A stretch of 61,393 nt of DNA, counting the filler, from Globobulimina sp. (taxonomy: Eukaryota): the NCBI GenBank assembly GCA_003354225.1. It is 17 parts of 17 records of this genome, joined end to end, with 100 filler letters (N's around TTAATTAATTAA, not from the genome) between each part and the next. Parts side by side here need not be neighbours in the genome. Positions count along the whole stretch, not along the records: positions 10,858 to 14,376 come from PIVH01002597.1; positions 14,477 to 17,994 come from PIVH01002598.1; positions 18,095 to 21,612 come from PIVH01002599.1; positions 21,713 to 25,230 come from PIVH01002600.1; 13 more parts are not named here. One strand, 5' to 3'. The notes beneath the pieces are model-generated. The model was not told the origin of the DNA. It saw nothing but the letters and a program-made list of their open reading frames with translations, and searched no databases. The stretch's first letter is position 1; each line of letters begins with the position of its first letter. The position numbers were made by a program, and so were the translations under genes. Positions 10,886 to 23,651 of this stretch are shown here, piece after piece.

Positions 10886-13564
10886 ATGTCACAGTCTTTA
10901 TCCGAAAAAGAAATTCAAGTGAATGTAGTTTTGGAAGAAACACCAACAAATAGATTAAACCAACAGTATGTCTCGTTTTTGCCACTCTAAAATACATACA
11001 AATTACATACAATTGCATTTTTTGTTATTATTACAGATCAGTCAGAATGGTTGGTTTTGTTATCATCACTGATCCAGACATTAAACTATCCGACCTACGT
11101 TTAAAAATCCTCTCAGAATTAGATGGGCAACAATTACAAATAATTGGTCTAAATTTTAAATTCCTCAAAAAAATATTTCCTGTTTCATCCAAACAAGAAA
11201 TATCAATGACACTAAAAAAAATCTATGTAAATCTCTCAAATCCCAGTAACCCTCAATCAGACATACAAAACCAAACACAATCCCCAAACCATAAGCTTGT
11301 TAACAGCCTGATTTCCAGCAAAGAAACAACTCGATCATCCAGTGCACCATACACAGGTTCGCCTACATCTGCCTTCATCCTCGCACAAAAACAACACAAA
11401 ACAACAAAAAAACACAGCCAACAACAGCTTAATTATGGTGAATGAAGATGAAAAACAAAGTAACGAACGGCAACCAGATAACAATCCAGATACAATACCA
11501 TTTGATGTATTACCCCATCATTATCAATACATGTCATCCCATCTTAGCATCACCTCACCAATGCTCCAACGTACTAATGCTTCAAACACAAATACAAATA
11601 GCACTGGTAATCAGTCTGCATTCCCTAAAGTAACAATGTTTACTGCTCAGCAAACAAGTTAAGTTGTGTTCAATTTTGTTTCTGAACCTATGTAATTACA
11701 AATGAATTGTATACAGATGAACATTTAACGGAAATGGAATACACTGTGATGATACGTGCATGTCATAGTGTTTTAGGTGAGGCAGAGGCTATACATCGAT
11801 CCGTATCAGATGATGTTAGGTTACTTTCAGTATCAAATATTGACAATAATGTCAGTAACAATCGCAATAATGCACGGACCCATGGTCGTGGCTTACTTAA
11901 TGTAAAAAACACAAATAATGCACGCACACCATTCATATCACCAAATAAAAACAAAAAAAAAGAAGCAGCAAACAAGAATACTGCTAGTTTTCTGTCATCG
12001 TATCCAATCTCGCCAAAAAACACTCGTTTGGAGACCCAATTAGGCGAAAAATTGCCGAGAATTGGACCCAAAACAACCAAAGAATCACAACGGATAACCC
12101 CTTCAAATGAAGTTGATTCTATATTGAAAAAAGCAATGACGTCACGGAAGAAGAACGTATTTATATCCGTTGAAGAAGAAGAGTCAATATCAATTTCTGT
12201 GAATGAACATACAAATTTAAAAACTGATTCCCAACATCCAAATTGCTCCATTGTTCCATTGAAAGCAGAAGATGGCCACAAGGATAAATATCAAAGTGAT
12301 AAAACAGCGACACCGCCCTTTACTTTTGCCTATCCAAAACAAATCAAATCAGCAAATTCTTCGCTTTCAGCTGCTGTGGACTCGGATATTAAGGCCAATT
12401 ATTTGATCGATGATAATATAAAATGTAAGTTTACAGTGACTGGCTCACCGATGATAAATATGAATGAAAATAAGGATGCGGGAGATAATATTGTCTGGGA
12501 ATTTGAAAAAGAATCGGATTTAATTAAAGGACTAAGCGGAGTGCATCATAGTGTTACCAATCCATTGTGGATTGACTTGGTTTGTGACAGGAACACTTTT
12601 ATCAACATTGCTGAACATATACGTCCGTGCATACATAAGCTGACCATCGAGGATTGTTTAACTATTGATTGTAGGGAGAAATTGGAGATATTTAAGGATT
12701 ATTTGTTTATTTGTTTAAGGTATGTTCAACACAAATGTTTTTATGTTAATGTGCAAATTACTGTACATATTTTTGTAATGCAGGACCTCATCGGATGATC
12801 ATTCCACGACACAGACCATAAATATATTAATATTTAAGACAATGATAATAACGTATCATTTGGGACATGTTATCACATTGTCAGTGATAGAAAATGTTGG
12901 GTTGATATTGAAGAAAAAATTTGGAAATATTTGCCCGTCTCCGTCATGGATTTGCCATACAATCATTGATAATGTGATTGATAAAATGATGCCTGAAGTG
13001 GAGGCCACTGTGCGTGAGGTCGAAACTTGCGAGCAATTTGTATTCAAATTATGCAATGAATCGCAAAATGAGTTGTTACATAGGATGCAAATTGCAAGAG
13101 CATGGATGGTATTGTACAGATCACGATTATGGCCCAAATCTACCATTACATATAACTTATTGAACAATTATTTGTGGAGAAAAGACTTTCTTTCCGATGT
13201 GCCGCAACCATATTGGAGGGATATTAATGATCATGTTGCGAGAATGGTTGATTTATTAGAATTAGGTACGCAAACTTTAGAGTCTATACAGAATATATTT
13301 GTTGCGAAGGTTTCACTCGAAATGACGCAGCAATCCAATAATTTGGCGACCGTTGGTGGTAAGTTAGCAGGCATTGGTGCTGTGTTCTTGCCATTGACTG
13401 TGATTACAGGTATTTGGGGAATGAATTGTAAAGTACCATTTCAATACGCCCCTGAAGCAAATACGCTATTTAATAATAATATTTATGGTTTTCTGATTGT
13501 GATGGTTATTATGCTGTGCTCTTCTATTTTTACTTGGAAATTTGTGAAGAAACAGACGGGTTAA
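10886..13564 (+). CDS. CorA/Alr1-family Mg2+ transporter, multi-exon
   Basis: Start MSQSLSEKE at 10886. Introns near 10966-11036, 11356-11428, 11658-11716 and 12720-12783. IHKLTIEDCL..REKLEIFKDYLF, FLPLTVITGIWGMNCKVP (GMN motif), two C-terminal TM helices. Confidence 0.9.
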
Positions 13565-13707
13565 ATTGAGAGTGATAATGGTTTCATATGATCTCAAACG
13601 ATTTGTTTGTTAAAATTTGACCAGTTTCGTAGTTTTGTGTCGTTTTTGTGGCTTTCTAATGTTTGAATAAATATTCACTGCGCTGTTTTACTTAAAAAAA
13701 AAAACAT

Positions 13708-14376
13708 ATGAGTTCATTGCGTCGTTTGTGTCGGTTCTCCGGTCGTTTATCACCTACATTGTCATCCAGATCATTTTCAAGTGGTTTGAATGATCAAGTC
13801 ACCGCAATATTAGGTGCCCAATGGGGTGACGAAGGCAAAGGCAAATTAGTAGACATTTTAGCCACCCAATATGATATTTGCGCGCGTTTTAACGGCGGCG
13901 CAAACGCAGGGCATACATTAGTGGTTGATGGAGAAAAATTTGCAATGCATTTATTGCCATGCGGTGTATTGAACAAACACTGTATAAATGTGATTGGAAA
14001 TGGTGTGGTAGTACACGTACCAACATTAGTCCAAGAATTACAATCCTTATTAAACACAAACATATCCATTGATGGCAGAATATTAATCTCAGATCGTGCA
14101 CACATTTTATTTGATTTCCATCAAGAAATTGATGCAATTTTAGAAAATCTACGCGACTCAAATGACACTAAAAAAGATGTTGAAATTGGCAGCATTGGCA
14201 CAACGCGAAGAGGTATCGGCCCTGCTTATGCTTCCAAAATGTATAGAAATGGAATAAGGTTTGGTGATTTAAAGGATTTTACCAAATTCAAAGACAAATA
14301 TTTACGTTTAGGTATGACTGACATTGCATATATCAAAATAATCAAACATTCACTGTTAAAAACCATATTATTGGCA
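13708..14376 (+). CDS. ADSS: Adenylosuccinate synthetase, 3'-partial, with N-terminal presequence
   Basis: GAQWGDEGKGKLVD, RFNGGANAGHT, HLLPCG, IGTTRRGIGPAYASK. An intron donor GTATGA begins at ~14312. Confidence 0.97.
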
Positions 14377-14476
14377 NNNNNNNNNNNNNNNNNNNNNNNN
14401 NNNNNNNNNNNNNNNNNNNNTTAATTAATTAANNNNNNNNNNNNNNNNNNNNNNNNNNNNNNNNNNNNNNNNNNNN

Positions 14477-16233
14477 ATTGCCAGTGGTGATTGACACTTC
14501 TGTCCATATTATTATTGCCGGCATGGCCATGGACATAGGAGCCGACACTGTTGCTGTTTTGGGACAAAATGGGCGGTACATCGTCCACGTCGGAGGGATG
14601 GGAGGAATTATATGAGCGGGGATATGAGGCCAAATGCGTGGGCGATGAGATGAGACCTACGGCGATTGGATAGGTATCGAATCCGTCATTGCTGTAATTG
14701 CCGGATTTGGATAACATGGACGATGGCGAGGACTTGGATGAGACATTGATTTTGACTTTTTGAGGGATGGTATATTTTTGTGCCGGCGGTAGCCGCAAAG
14801 GTAACGGTTTAGGCGGTTTTACTTTTACCGGGACTTTGGTCTGTTGTTTGTACGCATGCCGCATATGATAAAATAAGCAACATCCACAGCAACAAACTAA
14901 TAAGATCAAGATGGCGATGATGGACCAGGTTATGTCTAAGTGTTTGAACAATAAACCTAAATCGAGCTGCGGTCGCGACGAAGCTGAGCCGCTGTCTGTG
15001 TCCGTGTTTGATGGAACTATTACTTTTTATAATTATATTTTGTATTTTTATAATTATATGTTCATATTCTTGACGTGCAATAACAAAATGAATGCAAACC
15101 TGTCTCATTTGTATTGTGTGGATTGGTTGGGTCAAATATATATATTGGTGTATTTTTGCTGGGTGGTATCGATGGAATTGTTGAGGGCGAAATTGTTGGT
15201 GTAATAGACGGGTTTACGGACGGTGGATTTGTTGGGAATTTTGATGGATACATTGATGGCGTTTTAGTTGGCGGCGAGGTTGGGACTGATGTTGGTGGTG
15301 ACGTTGGGACTGATGTAGGCGGTGAGGTTGGTGTTGCGGTTGGCTGTGAGGTGCGTAAAGTTGGCACATAGGTCGGATAATGGGTAGGTGTGGTGGTTGG
15401 ATTGTGAGTAAACCAACACTCACTCCATTGATTGAATGGAGTTATGTTTATTATACTTTCCCCATTTACAATGCAAGTGATACTGTTAGTTCCCCAATAA
15501 AGTGCATCCGGATGAATCCATATATTGCGAGGCATGCCGTCATTGGCAATGAACTCCGTATTTTGCAGTATAGCACCATCTGCATAGATCATGCACGATG
15601 CGGTATGCGTATGGCTGCTATCCACTGGGCATTGTAAAAAGCCACTCTCCCATTTATTGCCAGTACCGAGTGATATTTGCACGTATTCTGCAGTGGAGGC
15701 ATGGACCTTTTGTGCGTATAGATGGTGTATACTGTATACATAATAGAAAAATAATAATTATTTAATTGCTTAACTTGCATTCCGTAGCAGGCAGCGATTG
15801 AGTCAACGTCCACATCAATGATAATATTTTGTGTATTTTGGCCGGCATAGACTTGCATTCCGCTGAAGCCCTGATATGAGGCTCCCACATCAAAGGTAGC
15901 ATTACCATCATTTGGGCTGTTTACAGTGGCATTTTGCATACAGCCATCGGCGCCTACTGTTACATATAAATTATTGCTATTTGTTGCGATGATATTAGCA
16001 TTTGAGGCACATAGTGTACTTTCACAATGAAAATTGCATTCTCCTGCATTGCCACAATTATATGTGACCGCGGCTTGTTGGCTTAGTCCTGAATATACAT
16101 CGCAATGAATATCACATATGCTATTTGGCCCATCACTGCATGTATAATCAGTTAATATTGAATTACTGGACACGTAATATGTAGAAGCTATGGCTCGTGA
16201 TGACAGAAATGCGAAAATAAAGAACGACAACAT
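14477..16233 (-). CDS. Type I membrane/surface protein: signal peptide, Cys-rich ectodomain, PT-repeat stalk, TM, Ser-rich tail; spliced, 3'-partial
   Basis: MLSFFIFAFLSSRAIA signal, Cys-rich exons, TxxPT repeats, TM WSIIAILILLVCCCGCCLFY. ORF-track pieces are joined by short introns. Confidence 0.75.
15170..15405 (-). repeat. Coding PT repeats (PTSPPTSV / TxxP)
   Basis: 12/24-bp periodic GGTTGG.GT.. sequence encoding PTSPPTSVPTSPPTSVPTSPP. Confidence 0.8.
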
Positions 16234-16294
16234 GATAGTAACAATATTCCAAAAACAATCTACAAAATACACACCAAAAATATTCTAACTGATA

Positions 16295-17026
16295 ATGGCA
16301 CAGCAACCATCATTACAACCACATAAAAGATCGAGATTATCATTCGATGCTCGAATGCAAAGATATGGAGACAACAGCATTGCAAACCAATTAAATAACG
16401 GCAATCCTCCCAAAAAAAAGCGAAAAACGAAATCACCTGAAAAAAAATTGAATGATTTACGACAAAGAGTTGTTAATGAACTGATATATTCCAAACTAAG
16501 TGAGATGATATTCATCGACCCACAGTTAAATTATTGGTTTTGTGAATTATGCAGAAAAGCTGGCATCAATGCCTGTGGCTTAAGAGTATGCAATCAGTGC
16601 CAAACGAGGTATATCGTCGGTCATTGTTCGAATATCCATCATGAAAAGTTATTGACTCTGCAACTCAAACAATTGAACGAACAGCGAAAGAAAATAATAT
16701 CTCAAAGAAGAGAAGCAAACGCAGCCATTGCGAGGAATAATCAATTCGCACAGTCACAATCTATAAATAATATAATAATACAATCTATAAATAATAAGAG
16801 AAGAGCAAGCATTCCGCCACCTACACCTCAACCAGCTCCACCTCCGTCTCCTCCTCCACCGCTGATTCCATTCGAGAAGATAGAATCAGATACAATCAGT
16901 GCACAAACACATGTACAAAATGATAATATTGCCATTCCAATTAAAATTACAGAGGAGAAGCAAAATGAGAATGAAAAAGTTTATGTTGTTATGCACCCAT
17001 ATTTTTCATTAGACAAATTTGTATGA
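16295..17026 (+). CDS. Hypothetical nuclear protein with Cys pairs, coiled coil and poly-Pro
   Basis: 243-aa ORF with NLS-like PKKKRK and CELC...CNQC...HC. The 3' end may be an intron or a chimeric join. Confidence 0.55.
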   Translation: MAQQPSLQPHKRSRLSFDARMQRYGDNSIANQLNNGNPPKKKRKTKSPEKKLNDLRQRVVNELIYSKLSEMIFIDPQLNYWFCELCRKAGINACGLRVCNQCQTRYIVGHCSNIHHEKLLTLQLKQLNEQRKKIISQRREANAAIARNNQFAQSQSINNIIIQSINNKRRASIPPPTPQPAPPPSPPPPLIPFEKIESDTISAQTHVQNDNIAIPIKITEEKQNENEKVYVVMHPYFSLDKFV

Positions 17027-17795
17027 GATGGAGATTTAGATACGAATTATTCCATTTTATTGATCTTTATATCCATATCAAATCATATTTTAAGTTTCAC
17101 CAAATTCCACTCATACATTCCCTTTCAAATAACACCTTTTCCATAACTTTATACAAATATTGCTCGCAGAAACGTTTCCATAAGTTTCCGTATAATAATA
17201 AATAAAAAGTACAACTTTGACCATATACTTTCCCATCCAAAAGCTTGGCCGCCTAATTTTTAATATCCATATTATTATTCTTTATCATCTAAACTTAATG
17301 TAGAACCATTTCCAGCTCTAACCAATTTACAAATTTTTTGTTCTGCGCCTCTTCATATAAATCACGTCCATATTATCCGCAGCATCGATTATAAGCGATT
17401 GGTATTGCTTTTGGGTGGTTTAGAAGCATTTGGATGGTTCCATGCTGGATTGAGTCGCTGCTTCAGGTTTTTTTGTGATGTTTATGGTGAAAAGTTAATC
17501 CAACGCAAGCATGACAAGCATGGCGACAGCTGCGATATTAATTTGTAATTTAAAACTGATTGGAAATGTAAATATTGTTTATGGATCATGGACGAATTTG
17601 GTGATGGATCATGGTGATGGATATTCCGCTATGGACATATGATTGAATCTTGAATCTGAACTATTTTGATCCAGTTCCACGCGCTATTTCGCACAGGAAA
17701 TTGGAGCAAGACATAAACGTGGAGGATAGAAAAGTAGTGTACATAAAAGTGCACCAAATGCAAACAATGGAAAAGCATTAGAAAATATTGGTTGA

Positions 17796-17994
17796 TAATG
17801 ACTTGTTTTGCAAGGTGCATTTTAAAAATATCTTATGTGCGTAGAAATGCCGCATTTTTTTTTAAGAAATGAAGTGCAAGGAATGCCAAGGATTATTTTC
17901 TTAGGTAGAAAGTGCAAGGATATCAACAAAAAAAATGCGGCATTTCTACGCACATAAGATATTTTTAAAATGCACCTTGCAAAACAAGTCATTA
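17796..17994. repeat. Perfect 67-bp inverted repeat with 65-bp spacer, ending at the contig end
   Basis: 17796-17862 (TAATGACTTGTTTTGCAAGG...GCCGCATTTTTTTT) is the exact reverse complement of 17928-17994. Confidence 0.9.
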
Positions 17995-18094
17995 NNNNNN
18001 NNNNNNNNNNNNNNNNNNNNNNNNNNNNNNNNNNNNNNTTAATTAATTAANNNNNNNNNNNNNNNNNNNNNNNNNNNNNNNNNNNNNNNNNNNN

Positions 18095-19776
18095 TTACAA
18101 ACATATAGAAAATAAAATAAAAACAAAAACTTTAACTGCAAATGTTTGCTCATCGATATCATTCAAATTCATATTTGGCACTTCGGCCACCAAATATCCC
18201 AAAGCCCAATCAATGGCACCTTCCCCCTCAACATCCCCGGTCTCAATATTACGAATCACACGGAATCGAGTAAAATCCTCCAAATTAAATCCTTTTTTCA
18301 ATATCGCCAATAACCAACTTGCACAGAAGCATGTTTTCTTAATTTCATCATCTGAGGCTTCCGGAAACTCTCTCTTCGCCACAGACACTTCCAAAGAGCA
18401 ATAATGCGCGCCAATTTCTTCTAATTTATCCAAGAATTCTTTCCCATGAATGCCTTCCAACCCTAACACTTTTGCTGTATAATAGAAATTTTCGATGTAA
18501 TAAAATTCATTCATACTGCTCCCGACGTCAATTTTCGGCATTAATACACTATTTGGTGTACATATCATATCCTTCATTTCGGTCGATACCACGCATTTGG
18601 ATTTTAATTTATCGTCGATCATATCACTTAATCCATTATAACATTTTTTAAAACTGCCAATGCCTTTCCATGTTATCGACTGTCCAATGCCATGCTGTCG
18701 TTGTCTGGTATCGCCTTCACAAAACCACACGGTACAAAACATGCAGCCATTATCCAAAAAAAAAACCTCAAGCTAGTAAAAAAAACATGCCTTTGTTGTA
18801 GCATGGCGACGACTTTCGCTGTTTCAGTTTAGTAGCAAGATACGTGTCATATCTATTCTGTGCCGCTTCCATCCCAATGCCCATCCACGAGTAGGTGAAT
18901 AATTCGAACTCCACATCGCCAATAGTCACGCTATCAATATACTGAGTGGACTGCGGTTTATATCTATTCAATGAAATAAGTTGCGGCTCTTGCGGTATGA
19001 ACGTAATTTGCAACGACTCGCCACCCATTTCCAACACGCCTTTAGTAGTCTGTTTTGCATACAAACTGTCCTTATTCAATTGCAATAACTTAGCAAGCTC
19101 TCCATTTAAATAATTTGCTGCGATCCAGCCCCATAAACCTTCATTCATTCCTTCACAAAACAGGAAGTCAGCAGTACGGAAATGGCATTGTGTGCCTACA
19201 CAGTTGCATACCTTCGATGATTTTGACGCCTTGCCGCAATATAATAAACTCTGAGGATTCCGATAAATATTTATATACAATATCGAGAATTTGCTGCGCC
19301 GTGTTGCTATTTAAATTTCTGTCGCGCACTTTCCGCATTCCAGCAGAGGCCAACACGAATAACGGCGTATTGGTACGTTTTGATAACGGCACGTTGTCGC
19401 GTCCGAAGTTTAAGATTGGTTCCAGGTATTCGCCCATTGCGGTTATGTCCGTTGGATGGTCTTCGAATGAGGATAGGCCTGGCTTGAATTTGTGATATTG
19501 TTCGGATGCAATGTCGACGGATATTAATTTGCTGGCTGATGATTTCGTATATCGATAGACGTGAATACGTGAGCCAGTGGAACCTGCGTCGACTATGCAA
19601 ACGTAGTCGTATGGGTTCTGTACTGCTAATTTAGAATTTAAGACCGCTTCGTTTGGCAATGCATCGCCTTGCGTTGAGTTTATGAATGTGAGCAATGCGA
19701 TGCTTATAATGAATGAGATTACCATTATGTATCTGAATTTGATGTTGTATTTTAAGTTGTTAATAAAATTTCGCAT
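18095..19776 (-). CDS. GDA1/CD39 apyrase (NTPDase), 3+ exons, 3'-partial
   Basis: ACR1 DAGSTGSRIHVY, ACR2 ASAGMR, ACR3 EGLWGWIAANY, ACR4 LEMGGESLQI, ACR5 IDWALG. Introns ~19151-19211 (GT-AG) and ~18715-18790 (GC-AG). Confidence 0.93.
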
Positions 19777-20109
19777 TCGATTATAGGAGTACTTGGTATT
19801 TTTTTTGTGTTTAGTTTTATTGTCAATATTGTGACATGCAATAATGATTTGTTTTTTTTTGTGTGTTTATGTTTCCTAAACTTTTAGTGATTGTACAGAT
19901 GCATTCGTGTGGAATGTAAAATTGGTTGGACTTTAAAACAGCGACATTGAATAAATGATGAAAAATGTTCAGAGGAAAACTTTATTGTTTTTTTTGACAA
20001 ATTATCGGAGCCTGACACGAGGGCGAACCTAAAAAATCAAGGCATTGTGTGATTATTTTAGATAACTATATAATATTATACGTAATACATAAACTGAATT
20101 AAAACTATG

Positions 20110-21612
20110 TTAAGTTTGATTCCCTTCTCTAAGTTTATTACACTCAGTTTGTCCGGAACAAGCCATAAATGCATCAATCATGTCATTATATCCTTTTTTA
20201 ACATCATCACTTAATACATTCATAGCATTATCCAATTCATAATAATCTTTCTCTAAATCATAATATTCACCATCACCTTGAGCTGTTCCCTTTTCACAAT
20301 CCACTTCATTCTTTCCTTGGGCATCATAACATAAAAAATTACAAAATATAGTACCATTTACTTCATTATTTGTACCATTTATAACTCGCGCACAGCGATA
20401 CGTATTATTCTTATCATCACAAAGTTGACAGGAAAAGCCGGGAATGCCATTGCCACAACACACTGGATTTGCTGCTCCTTCTCCATAATATTCAATTAAA
20501 AATTGCTGTTGCACAGAGGCTGATAATTTGTCCTTGTTTGGCGCTTTTAAATACGGAACAAATGATCTGCCATCGTATATATCCGGTATACTCCCGGTTG
20601 CTAATTCAACCAAAGTGGGAGCAATGTCAACATTCAATACAAATGTATCCGATGAACTGCCGGCTGCTATTCCGGGTCCACTCATATAAAATGGCTATAA
20701 AAGGTGTAAATTTGTGTATTATATACTTTATATTGCACAGATTTTCAAGGTAGATCCAAATAAAGTGTCCATGTAAACATTTCTCATTTCTGGGTACTTT
20801 GTTGAAAAATAACAGTTTGCATTCGTTTGCTATGGACTTTATTTGGATAATCTCGAAAAAGTAGTGCAACGAAACTATTCTGATATCGTTTTCGTATGGT
20901 TGTCTTTTATCAAATCCCATACCAAATTGTCCTGTTTGTTTGTTGTTTCTTGAATGCAATTTTGCATTTACATTCTCTATCAAATAAATATATGAATACC
21001 TGAATGGAAACCATGGTCCGAAGTATATAGAAAATATGTGTTGTCAAATAATTGAGGATATTGACTTATACTTTGATGGACGTCACTAACCATATCATCC
21101 ACAGATCTTAATGTACCTTTGATATTATATATATATATACAGTATATAATTTCAATTAGCTAAACATTACAACATACCAGCTCGATATCGAAATATTTGA
21201 TCCGATTGAGCGACAATGGTAGCATTCATTTGAGGCGTAATCTGCAACAATTGATGTTTATTATTATTCGCAGCAACATTATTCCAGTTTGGTATGCGAG
21301 GGGCTACAATATCGCTATATGTGTCATTGTATTGAGGAGCGGGTGTAAACGGAGCATGTGCGCTTGGCGGCGACATCACCACTAGAAACGGAGGAGCTGC
21401 TGCAAAATTACCACTGTAATTTGCATAATATTCATTTAAAAATCCTATAGCTTGTCGGTGTACAATATCTGCATTTCATAAAATAAATTATTTCATATTG
21501 TTTTCAGCAAAGAGGTGAAACGCAATTTAAATACCTGTATAATAATCATGCGTATAATTATGGCCAAATGATTGTGCCACTCCATTGTTGCTTAGTTGGA
21601 AATTAAAATATT
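20110..21612 (-). CDS. N-acetylglucosamine-6-sulfatase-like sulfatase, multi-exon, 5'-partial
   Basis: HAPFTPAPQY, TLRSVDDMV, YTSDHGFHS/GQFGMGFDKRQPYENDIRI/PFYMSGPGI, LNVDIAPT, EYYDLEKDYYELDN. Confidence 0.88.
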
Positions 21613-21712
21613 NNNNNNNNNNNNNNNNNNNNNNNNNNNNNNNNNNNNNNNNNNNNTTAATTAATTAANNNNNNNNNNNNNNNNNNNNNNNNNNNNNNNN
21701 NNNNNNNNNNNN

Positions 21713-23426
21713 ATCAGCAGGCCAATACATTTCTAAAATTGGAATGTTGAACTATTCGAATAAAAGTGAAGCAGTTAAAACAAAATCAATGATATCGGTT
21801 ATCTTTCCAACTACGAATGAATGCATTTATAATTATTTACCATTATTAAGTGCAGCGAGTGAATACGATGAGATATTTAATCCTGAATTGAAAAATAAAA
21901 ATATTCGAAAGATTCGACATAAAAATATCAATATGTACGACGAGAAGGACAAAGAAGAAAACGATGACACAATCGTCAACATTTGGTACATTAATTTACA
22001 CGAATCATGGTTTGTAAATAGCGCAACCATAAAAGCAAAAGGTATAAAACTAGCACAGTCAAACGACAATATGTCAAACATAACAACACTTTTTATATGT
22101 AAACATGTTTGAAATATTCTTTTTTGACGCTGTTATAAATCTTATTACTACATATTGACAAAAAAAGGTGTGAGTGATTATCAGTCATCGCAATGGGTTT
22201 CGCAGTCTGAACAGCGAGCACTTGATTGGTATAAATTGCTTGGGATTGCTGAATCCGACGCCGTTGAACACGCAAAAACACGCTTTGAGGAAGCTCCGTT
22301 ACCACTCTTTCTAAAACAAAAAGAAAACCACAACAACAATGATGACGATGATGTGAAAACATCCACCTCCGCACATTATGTCCCTTTGGGGATGTTCCAT
22401 AACCAAACCAACCTTCGAGCACATTCCAAGAACAAAGTGGCGTGGTTGGAAGGACCGCCTATACCCAATATTTTACATAAAGCAAATATGAAAATTGAGT
22501 TGCGATTAAAGCGCCTAATCCACGAAGCTGTGTATAATATGCAACATATATTGCCATACTTACACAGCAAACAATATAAATTAGACACTGATAACAAGTA
22601 CGGCTGGTTTCCTATGGATTGGGTGTTCGCAGAAGTCGATCTCAGCGACAATCAGTTACAAAACACATTTAATTTTGCGTTTGCTAATTATTCGCCACCA
22701 TTTGAGGATAATATGGATGTAAATTCAACCAGCTTCAATCCATACTTTTTCATGAAATATCCACGCATTCCGCTGTTTGTCCTGTCATTACGTTTACCAT
22801 TGAAAGAGCTGAAAAAGTATGCGGTGCAGGTTGTGAATCTCAAATATGGTTTGCATTCGCCTTCGCCCGCCAATATATACAGCAATGTGTCGATCAGTAG
22901 TATGGAGGATCGCCGTTTTAAGCGACAGAGACAGAAATATGATGCTCCGGCGGTGCCGCAGCCGAAAGTGCATGAAAACGATGACCAACAGTTATCTGTG
23001 TCTGTGGAGATGGAGTTGACTCAAGTGGCGAATGCGATGGATTTATTGAATCATAGTAAACACCATACGCAGAGGAAGAAAAGTGATAAGAAATATGAGT
23101 GTGTTGGGCAGAGCGATGTGGAAGAAGAGGAGTATGAATCTGAAGATGATGAGGAAACGGAATCTGAGGAGGAGAGTGAGGATGAGACTGAGAGTGAATA
23201 TGAGGATGAACTACCATATGAAGAGGAGGATGATTATGAAGAGGAGAGTGAGAGTGACAGCAGTGAGGAAAATGTCAATTATCAAAGAAAGTCAAATGAT
23301 ACAAATGATAGTGGAATGTTGACACGTAATAAGCAGTCATCATCAACATCGTCGTCGTCATCATCCTCGTTAGCTAATTATAGAAAGTCGCGTAGAAAAT
23401 CATCCAAAAATAATAATAAATATTGA
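21713..23426 (+). CDS. Hypothetical protein with long acidic and Ser-rich C-terminus; spliced, 5'-partial
   Basis: ORFs 21744-22112 and 22155-23426 are joinable by an intron at ~22099-22168. No family recognised. Confidence 0.6.
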
Positions 23427-23651
23427 CATTAGATAGTTTCATATTTATTTTTTAATTGTTACAGTACAGAATATTGTTACTTATAGTTTTATAATGGATT
23501 AATTGTTTTCTTTGCATGATGTTTTAATTGTGTTTTATTGTCGAGTTTGGTTTGAAACATTATTAATTTTCTTTCATTTCATTTCAATTTTTTTTTCTTT
23601 TCCAATCGTACTTAAAGTGATCATGTTACACTGTTAGACCTTGCCATTACA

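Noticed and set aside
11342-11445. Frameshift in the CorA gene
   Set aside because: Explained by a GT-AG intron at ~11356-11428.
17030-17350. Possible decayed minus-strand gene (RCC1-like snippet)
   Set aside because: Too short and stop-ridden to assign.
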